From Patescibacteria group bacterium (GTDB lineage Bacteria; Patescibacteriota; Minisyncoccia; Phycocordibacterales; Phycocordibacteraceae), in assembly GCA_019752595.1 (NCBI GenBank), contig JAIELV010000001.1:553209-617208 (forward strand): a stretch of 64,000 bases of DNA, read 5' to 3'. The translations under genes were made by a program, and so were the position numbers. The notes beneath the pieces are model-generated. The model had not been told where the DNA came from, did no database searches, and saw only the letters and a program-made list of their open reading frames with translations. Within the stretch, counting starts at the first letter, position 1; the number at the start of each line of letters is the position of its first letter. This document shows positions 56,273 to 64,000 of this stretch, one piece after another.

Positions 56273-57955
56273 CTACAACACCAGATTCTCAATCCGAAGC
56301 CTCAGTTCCCTACGGCCAGCAAAATAGGAGCGCTCTATACAGGCGTCTACGGTACACGTGTCTCCGTCGGACAAAAGCGCGAGGGTGTCTTTGAATGTCG
56401 TTCTCGGGAAGAAAAATGCTATGGCGTCTGCCCGAGCGCCTGAATCATCGGTCAGGGTTATGCGTGCGTGTTCCTTGCTTGCTCCGAAATACGTAATCGC
56501 GTACGCGGTGACGCCCTTCAGGCGAAATATGGGTTTCGGGTTCTGCTGGCCGAACGGCGCCAAGGTGCGGAGGGCTTCGTACGCCATGTCGTTTACTTCC
56601 GTGAGATTCAGATGACTTTCAATATTTTCCAAGTCCACAATTTCTACCTCGTTCCCCGCATTCTTTTCCATCAGTCTTTGATGCGCGGCTTCCAGTTGCG
56701 CAGGCAACGTGTGAATTGAATTTGGGTCGACAGAAAAACCACCTGAAAGTTCATGTCCGCCGAAATCCAAGAACGCGTCTTTTGCTTCCACCAACAAATC
56801 CACGATGTTTACTTTCCCGTCCGAACGACACGAACCTTTAATCAGCTCCGCCTGTCCTGAGCCTGTCGAAGGATCCACCCCCCACAAACACACTGTCTTT
56901 TGATACGTCTGCACCACGCTCGTTGCGGCGATGCCCAAAAGTGACGGGCGCCACTCGCGACTTCCCATCACAATAACGGAACCCAAGGTCGGCAAACCTT
57001 CAATTTTTTTCTTCACATCTTTTGAAACGCGCATGCCTTCCATCTTTCTGTCTTTATTCAGCTTTACTAGTTCCTTGGCAATTTCTTTTGCGCGCTCAGA
57101 GGATTCCGTCGTCAAAAGCTCAAACGCCAACTTTGGGCTCTTCATGCGCGAAGACGCATTAATCTTCGGCGCAATTGAAAACGCGATGTCATCCTCGGTG
57201 ACAGAGTGAAGTGGGATTTTCTCCGCCTCAAGAAGTGCGCGAAGCCCTGGGCGTCTGCCTTTGTGAATCACGGTGAGCCCGTAGCGAACAAGTGTGCGGT
57301 TTTCGCCTGTAAGCGGCACCATGTCGGCAATCGTGGCGACTGCAACCAAATCCAACAACCACTTCTCTTGCCCCTCTTTGTGTTCCCATATATGGGAAGA
57401 TTTATTTTTCTGGATCAGGGCCTCTACAAGTTTGAACGCGACACCTGTTCCACATAACCCTTTGAACGGATACACATCGTCCGCCTGATGCGCATTGATG
57501 ACCGCAAACGCGGGCGGAAGCATCGCCTGTGGCAGATGGTGATCGGTGATGATAACGTCGATGCCGAGCGTGCGTGCGAATTCCACTTCTTCCACGTCGG
57601 TGATTCCGCAATCGACGGTCACTATCAAAGTCGCGCCTTCGTCTTTTAATTTCTGAATTCCTGTTTCATTCAGGCCGTACCCCTCACTTCTTTCAGCTAC
57701 ATACGTCAGAATTGGGAAACCGATTTGGCGGAAGAAATCAAAAAGAAGCGAACCGCCAGGAATACCGTCGCAGTCGTAGTCATGCCAGACCGCCATTTTC
57801 TCGCCTTTTTCTATTGCAGAGAGGATGCGCGCTACGCTCACCTCCATTCCTTTCAAAAGGAACGGGTCGTGGCGGGCATCGTACAAAGGGTTCAGGAACG
57901 CTTCGTGGTCGGTGATTTTTCTATTCTCAAGTATTCGCGTAACCAAGGGGTGCAT
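56273..57955 (-). CDS. recJ: ssDNA exonuclease RecJ
   Basis: DYDCDG, TVDCG, TDHH, GSCRS, FGGH, PFGQQNPKP. Confidence 0.96.
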   Translation of the reverse strand: MHPLVTRILENRKITDHEAFLNPLYDARHDPFLLKGMEVSVARILSAIEKGEKMAVWHDYDCDGIPGGSLLFDFFRQIGFPILTYVAERSEGYGLNETGIQKLKDEGATLIVTVDCGITDVEEVEFARTLGIDVIITDHHLPQAMLPPAFAVINAHQADDVYPFKGLCGTGVAFKLVEALIQKNKSSHIWEHKEGQEKWLLDLVAVATIADMVPLTGENRTLVRYGLTVIHKGRRPGLRALLEAEKIPLHSVTEDDIAFSIAPKINASSRMKSPKLAFELLTTESSERAKEIAKELVKLNKDRKMEGMRVSKDVKKKIEGLPTLGSVIVMGSREWRPSLLGIAATSVVQTYQKTVCLWGVDPSTGSGQAELIKGSCRSDGKVNIVDLLVEAKDAFLDFGGHELSGGFSVDPNSIHTLPAQLEAAHQRLMEKNAGNEVEIVDLENIESHLNLTEVNDMAYEALRTLAPFGQQNPKPIFRLKGVTAYAITYFGASKEHARITLTDDSGARADAIAFFFPRTTFKDTLALLSDGDTCTVDACIERSYFAGRRELRLRIENLVL

Positions 57956-57978
57956 TTAGAAAATGTTAGCATGGGCGC

Positions 57979-58305
57979 ATGGATAACTGTGTATTTTGCA
58001 AAATCGTCGCAGGCGAAATTCCTTCCCCGCGAACGTACGAGGATGACAAACTCATTGCATTTCTGGATATTAGGCCGAAAGCCCCAGGACACACACTTCT
58101 TATTCCGAAGGAGCATTATCAATGGTTTTACGAACTCCCTGACGAATTGTCCGACCATTTGTTCCGCGTATCAAAAAAACTTGCAAAAGAGCTTAAGGAA
58201 AAACACGACGCAAGTCTCGTAAAACTATCAATTGTCGGCGACCAAGTGCCCCATACGCATGTGCACCTTATCCCGTATCCAAAAGAAGTTGAGGTTGGGT
58301 TATAA
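57979..58305 (+). CDS. HIT family protein
   Basis: CVFCKI, GHTLLIPK, HTHVHLIP. Confidence 0.94.
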   Translation: MDNCVFCKIVAGEIPSPRTYEDDKLIAFLDIRPKAPGHTLLIPKEHYQWFYELPDELSDHLFRVSKKLAKELKEKHDASLVKLSIVGDQVPHTHVHLIPYPKEVEVGL

Positions 58306-58313
58306 ATTTGCGC

Positions 58314-58820
58314 TCAAACGCCCGAGCGCCTCTCATCCCTCACTGCTTGTTCAAGCCTCCGTCGAATTTCTCCTGTCGCGAAAGATCGCGAGGTGATACT
58401 AATTGGTAGGTCTATGTCTGTCTGAATTGAGCTCTCAGGAAACCACGTATTTATAAAATATGCGGCAACACGTAAGTCATCCGCAGAACAACCTTCAAGA
58501 GATGCATTGTAGCGGTCGGCTCGGGCAAGCTGTTGTTCAATCGGGCCCACATTGCGTTCGAAATAATAACTTCCTATGGAACTTAGTATTCTCATTCCGT
58601 CATTGAACGTTCCTGCATCGATAACCCCGCGCTCGAAAGGTTCGGCTCTGTGCACGCATGCATGTAAATCCGCCCCTGCCATGGGATTTTCCGCCTGAGC
58701 TTCTCTCGCAGTAGCCATCTGCGGGATTCGGGAAAAGGTGCGTTGTTCAGCAGCTAACGCGGGAACGGCGGAAACCGCGAGTGTGGCAAGTGACATTAGT
58801 CCAGCCTCTACTCTTCTCAT
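58314..58820 (-). CDS. Secreted hypothetical protein
   Basis: Signal peptide ending ALA-A. Confidence 0.6.
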   Translation of the reverse strand: MRRVEAGLMSLATLAVSAVPALAAEQRTFSRIPQMATAREAQAENPMAGADLHACVHRAEPFERGVIDAGTFNDGMRILSSIGSYYFERNVGPIEQQLARADRYNASLEGCSADDLRVAAYFINTWFPESSIQTDIDLPISITSRSFATGEIRRRLEQAVRDERRSGV

Positions 58821-58869
58821 ATAAATGAGGGTACTCCTCTTTCACAGAGGGTCAAGCGAACAAGATGAA

Positions 58870-59991
58870 TTACTTTGAGTTTTTCAACGCCTCAATACCT
58901 GGCAATGTGCCGTTTGCAAGGAAATCGAGCATGGCGCCACCTGCTGTTGAGACGAAAGAAAATTTATCCATAAGATTCAAGCTCTGAATGGAAGAAAGCG
59001 TGTCGCCACCCCCGACAACGGATTTCGCGCTTGAGCCTGCAATGAGTTTTGCCAGATCATCGGTGCCTGAACGAAAGCCTTTTTCAAAATTTCCCATCGG
59101 ACCATTCCAAAGAATAGATTTTGATTTCGCCACAATCGGCGCCAATTTCTGGATTGCCGTCGGCGAAATATCGATAATCACATCTTCCGTTCCCACTTCG
59201 GTTGCCACCGTTTCGTGCGAACCTGCGGGGTTTAACACAATCAGTTCATTCGGAAGAATAATTTTTGAATTCGTGAGCATCGGTTTCGCGTGATCCGCCC
59301 CTGACACCAACGATTTTCCGACTTCGTATCCTTTTGCGCGATAAAAATCGTTTACAATTGCCCCGCCCACAAACACGTAATCGTATTTTGAAAGCAGAGT
59401 GTCAATCAATTTCACTTTCGTCACCAATTTCGCACCACCCACAATTGCGAGTGACGGGCTTTCAGGAGAAAGTGCGGGAGAAAGGCCTTCTACTTCCGCT
59501 ACCAGTTGAAAGCCTGCGTACGAAGGAAGTAGTTTTGAAACACCGACGACAGACGCATGCGCGCGGTGCGACACGGGGAACGCATCGTTCACATATATAT
59601 CGGCAAGAGACGCGAGTTCGCGAGCAAAACCTTCGTCATTCGCTTCTTCGCGCGCATCACGACGTATGTTCTGCAAGAGAAGCGCCGTTCCGTTTCCAAG
59701 CTTCCCCGCTTCTTCGCGTGCCTTAGTGCCACTAATATCATCAACGAACGAAACGTGAATTTTTGTTTTCAGATACGCATACACAGGCTGCAGCGTGCCC
59801 ATTTTGTCGCTCATGTGGCTCATCAACACTACGCGCGCACCGTGATCCAAAAGATATTTCACTGTCGGAAGCGCGCGCTCAATGCGATAGGGATCCTCCA
59901 CTCCTCCGTTTTGAATCGGCACGTTCAAATCAAGACGCACCAACACGCGCGCACCTGAAAGATTTTTAAGTTCGCTAATGCTTCGGACCAT
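58870..59991 (-). CDS. pgk: Phosphoglycerate kinase
   Basis: VRLDLNVP, YVNDAF, WNGPMG, GGGDT, STAGGA. Confidence 0.96.
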   Translation of the reverse strand: MVRSISELKNLSGARVLVRLDLNVPIQNGGVEDPYRIERALPTVKYLLDHGARVVLMSHMSDKMGTLQPVYAYLKTKIHVSFVDDISGTKAREEAGKLGNGTALLLQNIRRDAREEANDEGFARELASLADIYVNDAFPVSHRAHASVVGVSKLLPSYAGFQLVAEVEGLSPALSPESPSLAIVGGAKLVTKVKLIDTLLSKYDYVFVGGAIVNDFYRAKGYEVGKSLVSGADHAKPMLTNSKIILPNELIVLNPAGSHETVATEVGTEDVIIDISPTAIQKLAPIVAKSKSILWNGPMGNFEKGFRSGTDDLAKLIAGSSAKSVVGGGDTLSSIQSLNLMDKFSFVSTAGGAMLDFLANGTLPGIEALKNSK

Positions 59992-59995
59992 ACGA

Positions 59996-60745
59996 TTATG
60001 AAAACGCTCGGATTATATTTGTAAATTCTTCGGCGTCAGTTGAAGCGCGCCCTGGGAGAAGCCCATGAATGCTTTTTTCTTCTTTGAAGAGCGCGGCGTT
60101 CTCCGCATCTACGGAAGCTCCGTAAATAATTCTAACTTTCATAGCCTTCTCTCTCCCCCACATATCTGCAATTGTCTTTCTGATGTAGAGAATTGCTTCA
60201 GCAGCAACGCGCGGAGAAGCGGCCTCTGTTTTTCCTATTGCCCACACAGGCTCATACGCAACCGTAAATTTTCCTGCGTCTTTTGGCTCAATACGCGAGA
60301 GAGACGCTTTGACACTTTTTTCAATTGTTGAGAAAAATTTTCCATCTTGATCGCGCTCTGTTTCACCGACGCAAATAATCGGATGTAATTTTGCAGAAAG
60401 AGCAGAAACAGCTTTTTTTGCGACCATTTCATCTGTATCCCCGAGTGCGCGCCGTTCCGAGTGCCCCACAAGCACATACGAAATGCCCGCAGATGCAAGA
60501 TGTGTGGCTGACACTTGGCCAGTAAACGCGCCATCTGTTTCCCAAAACGTATCCTGAGTCCCAAACGCGATTCTTTTCCCTTTGTACTCACGGCGAAGTG
60601 CTGCCGCTAATGCCACGGGCGGACAGACAACCACGGTTGTTTTCACGCCGCGGGGCATTTTTTTATCAATAGCCTTTAGAAGTTTCTTTCCTTCTTCTAA
60701 ACTTTTTATATATAATTTCCAATTACCAACGATGAGTTTTATCAT
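59996..60745 (-). CDS. tpiA: Triosephosphate isomerase
   Basis: GNWK, GHSERR, AYEPVWAIG. Confidence 0.97.
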   Translation of the reverse strand: MIKLIVGNWKLYIKSLEEGKKLLKAIDKKMPRGVKTTVVVCPPVALAAALRREYKGKRIAFGTQDTFWETDGAFTGQVSATHLASAGISYVLVGHSERRALGDTDEMVAKKAVSALSAKLHPIICVGETERDQDGKFFSTIEKSVKASLSRIEPKDAGKFTVAYEPVWAIGKTEAASPRVAAEAILYIRKTIADMWGREKAMKVRIIYGASVDAENAALFKEEKSIHGLLPGRASTDAEEFTNIIRAFS

Positions 60746-60782
60746 ATAACTCTATACTTCTTACAAATGTGCGTGAAGAAGA

Positions 60783-61130
60783 TTACACGTCGCCAGTATA
60801 AGGAGCGTACACCACGGCTCGGTCACGTTCCGAATCCCACACGTCTCGCGAATCATGCGTCAAAAATTCAAACCCTTTACTGGTCGCATGAAAAGAGACG
60901 GGCGGCTTCACTCCGAGTAAATGATGACGGTGTCCATCATCAAAGTCGGCGAGTTCAGGCGGTTTCGGAATTTGCCCAAAACGAAATTGATGTTGAATGA
61001 AATTAAACGCCCACGCACCAGCTAAGTTCTGATTTTTAAGCGCCTTTTGCGCGTCTTTAATTGTTCCCGCCGTCTCCACCGGAATACTCTGAAAAATCTG
61101 AGCTCCTACTGCTTCGACGGATCTAGACAT
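60783..61130 (-). CDS. Hypothetical protein
   Basis: 115-aa ORF with TATAAT just upstream. Confidence 0.6.
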   Translation of the reverse strand: MSRSVEAVGAQIFQSIPVETAGTIKDAQKALKNQNLAGAWAFNFIQHQFRFGQIPKPPELADFDDGHRHHLLGVKPPVSFHATSKGFEFLTHDSRDVWDSERDRAVVYAPYTGDV

Positions 61131-61160
61131 AGTAATTATTATACCTTGCGAAGCTAGGCA

Positions 61161-62597
61161 TTAGAACGGAATGTTCTGGTCCTGCCAAATGATGAATTTG
61201 TAGTCGTCTGACGTCACTGGGGTAAAGGGCGGTGGATTTGATGAAAGAGTGCGGTCAAAGTTGTCGTACCGCTGACTAAACCCAGAGACGAATGTGCCGT
61301 TACTGGTCCACTTCGTACCCACTCGCCCATTCGAAACAACTGTGCCGTTGGTAGTTAATGTATTGCGAAGTACATACGGGTCAAGACTCCCAGGCAAACC
61401 TTGGTTCCCTGATGTCGTTGAGCAATCGTTCTGGCAATAGTGGTTTCTTCCGAATTTTCCGTTTTGCGCAATAAATATTCCGTGTATCGTCATCACGTCT
61501 GGCACCTGAAGCCCAATCAAAACATCTTTTTCACCAATGAGCGTGAGTCCGTTCCCAGACGCGCTCGCATACGTGATGTTGTTATTGATAATTGCGGAGC
61601 GTTCAACGCCAGGCGTAATAAGGTCTGCTGCGGCGAGCACAATTTTCCCCGACACGACTCCTTCTACCCACACGTTGTCTTCGACAAAAATAATCGGGCA
61701 GTCCGCATCGATGGTGTACAGCGTTTGCGCCTGCACATTCGACATCACTGTTCTCTCCTGCACCCAATCATTTTCCAAGCTATACCCCCACACCTGCGTT
61801 GTCCCGACCACTCTTCTGATGTTCACCGTTCCATCTGCGTTGAACGTTACACGATATCCGTATCCGCCAGATGGAGGGATGTAGGTGCCCGAGGAGGTGG
61901 CGTGATTTTTTATTTTATTGAGATCAACAGTGATGCCGTTAAAGTCCACCTGCGGAGCGGGGAACTGCCACAGTGATGATGGTCCGCCCGAACCGAAAAC
62001 GCCGTTTTGATTTGACGTTGGAGAACATCCGAATGACGAAGTGCATGACCACGTAGAAACACCAGAAGAAACTGTGGCGTTGTGTGTACCGTCCATACGA
62101 ATACCGCCGTTACTGTGGTACGGTCCTGAAATCACACGGTCACTGCCTACCCACACATTTGAATTTGTGATGGTTGAATAATCTGCAACGGTTGGCTTTG
62201 CGTAGCGCGCAACAAGCGTGCGTTTAAATGAGGGGTCGTTTGTGGAAGCACCTGTCGAGGTGATGGTGATATCTGTCAATTCATTGCATGCAGTTGTTCC
62301 GCCGATGTCGAGTGAGAACGTGCCCACAGTTCCTCCTTCGGGATCGGTAATGGTGTGTACGTACGGGCCAGCAACCCCCGTACCATCCTGCAGGTCATCA
62401 GGGTAGTGCGCCAAGTGCCAGCGATAGTACTCAAGGCCTGCCTCCGCTAAATTCTGTGCTTTTTGTTTGTTCACTTCAGCCAGCTGAACTTTTTTTTGTA
62501 CGAAAATAAAACCAGAGAGAGTGGCGATAAGCGTCATAAAAACGGCGGAAAATACCAACACGAGAAGTACGAAATGTGCTCGGCTTGTTTTTTTCAT
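61161..62597 (-). CDS. PilX-like minor pilin/pilus assembly protein
   Basis: Hydrophobic N-terminus, A..LAEAGLEY, beta-rich C-terminus. Confidence 0.75.
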   Translation of the reverse strand: MKKTSRAHFVLLVLVFSAVFMTLIATLSGFIFVQKKVQLAEVNKQKAQNLAEAGLEYYRWHLAHYPDDLQDGTGVAGPYVHTITDPEGGTVGTFSLDIGGTTACNELTDITITSTGASTNDPSFKRTLVARYAKPTVADYSTITNSNVWVGSDRVISGPYHSNGGIRMDGTHNATVSSGVSTWSCTSSFGCSPTSNQNGVFGSGGPSSLWQFPAPQVDFNGITVDLNKIKNHATSSGTYIPPSGGYGYRVTFNADGTVNIRRVVGTTQVWGYSLENDWVQERTVMSNVQAQTLYTIDADCPIIFVEDNVWVEGVVSGKIVLAAADLITPGVERSAIINNNITYASASGNGLTLIGEKDVLIGLQVPDVMTIHGIFIAQNGKFGRNHYCQNDCSTTSGNQGLPGSLDPYVLRNTLTTNGTVVSNGRVGTKWTSNGTFVSGFSQRYDNFDRTLSSNPPPFTPVTSDDYKFIIWQDQNIPF

Positions 62598-62599
62598 TG

Positions 62600-63265
62600 T
62601 TACTGTGGGCGGAGATTTCGAAGTGTTGCTCCTGACCTCAGTGTAAACTCTCCTGGCGCGTGAATCGGTGTTATGTCCACTATGATGTTGACCGACACGG
62701 AGACGACCCGAGCGATCTCGGCACTCGAAGTCACTTCGGCGCCTGCGGCATCGTAGTAACGAAACAGAGAAATGTTGTCATCAAAATTTCTTACGTAATC
62801 TGAAACTGTTGACGTGGAAACTGCTCCTGTGTAGGTCGGTGGATTTCCTGTGGAGCTTCTGACAGTGCGCGTTAATCGCTGTCCCGATAAACGATACTGC
62901 ACTTGTTCAATTGGATTTGTTCTATCGACGTCTGCGTAAAACGTAATTGATGAGGACGCAATTGCGCCCAAAGGATACGCGCCGTTGTCACCATACGTTG
63001 CTTCGCGCAAATCGCGTATTAACACCTGCAATCCGCGCTCGGCGCTTCGAATCTGATAGGACTCTTCAAACGCCACGCGATTTGCGCGGTAAAAAACTAT
63101 AACGGACTGGGTAATAGCAACTGTAATAACAGCGACGATGCCGACCGTTACTACCACCTCAATCAAAGTCATGCCACGAAGGTGGCCTGCTCTGACGGCG
63201 CTCGGACGCCATGAGAACAAGTTCTCATGGCGCTCCTTGCTTGTCATAGTCATTCCTCTTTTCAT
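62600..63265 (-). CDS. Type IV prepilin (PilW/PulJ-like minor pilin)
   Basis: RG|MTLIEVVV class III signal; RDLREA; LRN at the C-terminus. Confidence 0.88.
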   Translation of the reverse strand: MKRGMTMTSKERHENLFSWRPSAVRAGHLRGMTLIEVVVTVGIVAVITVAITQSVIVFYRANRVAFEESYQIRSAERGLQVLIRDLREATYGDNGAYPLGAIASSSITFYADVDRTNPIEQVQYRLSGQRLTRTVRSSTGNPPTYTGAVSTSTVSDYVRNFDDNISLFRYYDAAGAEVTSSAEIARVVSVSVNIIVDITPIHAPGEFTLRSGATLRNLRPQ

Positions 63266-63266
63266 A

Positions 63267-64000
63267 TCAGGATGCAGTAAGCGCTACTGATACAACCGTC
63301 GAACCTGTAACTGAAAGTGTTTCAACAGAATCTAAGTATCCTGGCGCAGAAACGGTGACAGTGTATGAACCAGCAGGTATCCCTCCGAAAAACGCTTGTC
63401 CGCACGCGGATGTTTGTTTGTTCTGATTTACCCCACCCACAATGGTGACCGTAGCATTTCCAATTTGCGCTCCATTTCCTATCGCAACAACACGAAGTGA
63501 ATTAGTTACCGCGTCCACCAACGTTACAGAAACCGAAAGGTCTGTATCGGGTGAAACGGATGGCGCAGGTACACACATCTCTGAAATCGTGTGGGGGGAC
63601 GCTGAAGGCAGAGAAATTGTATACAAATCGGCTTCAATCGGATCAATAATCCATTCTCCAAATTGCGTTGTGGTGTGCGATTCATCGTACTTATATAGAG
63701 GAGCACCCTGAGAAGAGACCCCGATTGTTTTTGCGCCGCGAATATCAAAATCGACGTCTGCTAACGGCGTCGGGCCTGCTGTATATGAAACACTCCAATC
63801 ACGTATCTCGGGCGTCACTCCTGCGTCACTTGAACTCAGTGCGGCTTGAAGTTTTAGTGTTCCATACGTTACAACGGAGAGCGCTGAAATATCGACGCTT
63901 CCACTCGTGAGCCCCGCACTGTTGCCAGGAATTTCAGAATCGGGCACGAGTACATATGTCGACCCATTCCAATAATAGAGCGCTACTGTAGCGGTAGTAT
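63267..64000 (-). CDS. Pilus-cluster protein with a carboxypeptidase-regulatory-like domain, truncated by the window
   Basis: GSYTVTVSAPGY beta-sandwich motif; upstream of the pilin genes. Confidence 0.65.
   Translation of the reverse strand, partial: TTATVALYYWNGSTYVLVPDSEIPGNSAGLTSGSVDISALSVVTYGTLKLQAALSSSDAGVTPEIRDWSVSYTAGPTPLADVDFDIRGAKTIGVSSQGAPLYKYDESHTTTQFGEWIIDPIEADLYTISLPSASPHTISEMCVPAPSVSPDTDLSVSVTLVDAVTNSLRVVAIGNGAQIGNATVTIVGGVNQNKQTSACGQAFFGGIPAGSYTVTVSAPGYLDSVETLSVTGSTVVSVALTAS

Noticed and set aside
1-64000. CRISPR array
   Set aside because: No regularly spaced direct repeats with unique spacers; the repeats seen are dispersed palindromes

Overview
64 kb of a chromosome that looks like a CPR (Patescibacteria, Parcubacteria-like) bacterium. 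This is inferred from the absence of rpmD between rpsE and rplO, a stand-alone VirD4/TraD-like ATPase, split comEC, type IV pilin genes and near-leaderless genes; genetic code 11 is used. The window holds the str-S10-spc ribosomal supercluster, broken up by orphan genes and a REP-associated tyrosine transposase (RAYT). Other contents: infC-rpmI-rplT, smpB-tmRNA, ftsH, recG, recJ, rnhA, pgk-tpiA, a CusBA-type RND pump, tRNA-Ser(GCU), a rare tRNA-Ile(UAU) and a probable 6S RNA. Highlights: (1) a RAYT with a 21-bp REP (GTGCTATACTWAGTATAGCAC) that carries a -10 box on both strands and occurs at distant sites; (2) several other palindrome families, some inserted in frame into proteins (RecJ, an MBL RNase, a prepilin leader); (3) a promoter-driven multi-hairpin RNA upstream of rpsN with an SRP-helix-8-like motif; (4) clusters of Cys/His microproteins inside translation operons; (5) an orphan AT-rich HEAT+HEPN-like gene. 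No CRISPR array or rRNA gene was seen. All family calls come from motif recognition by eye, not from database searches.
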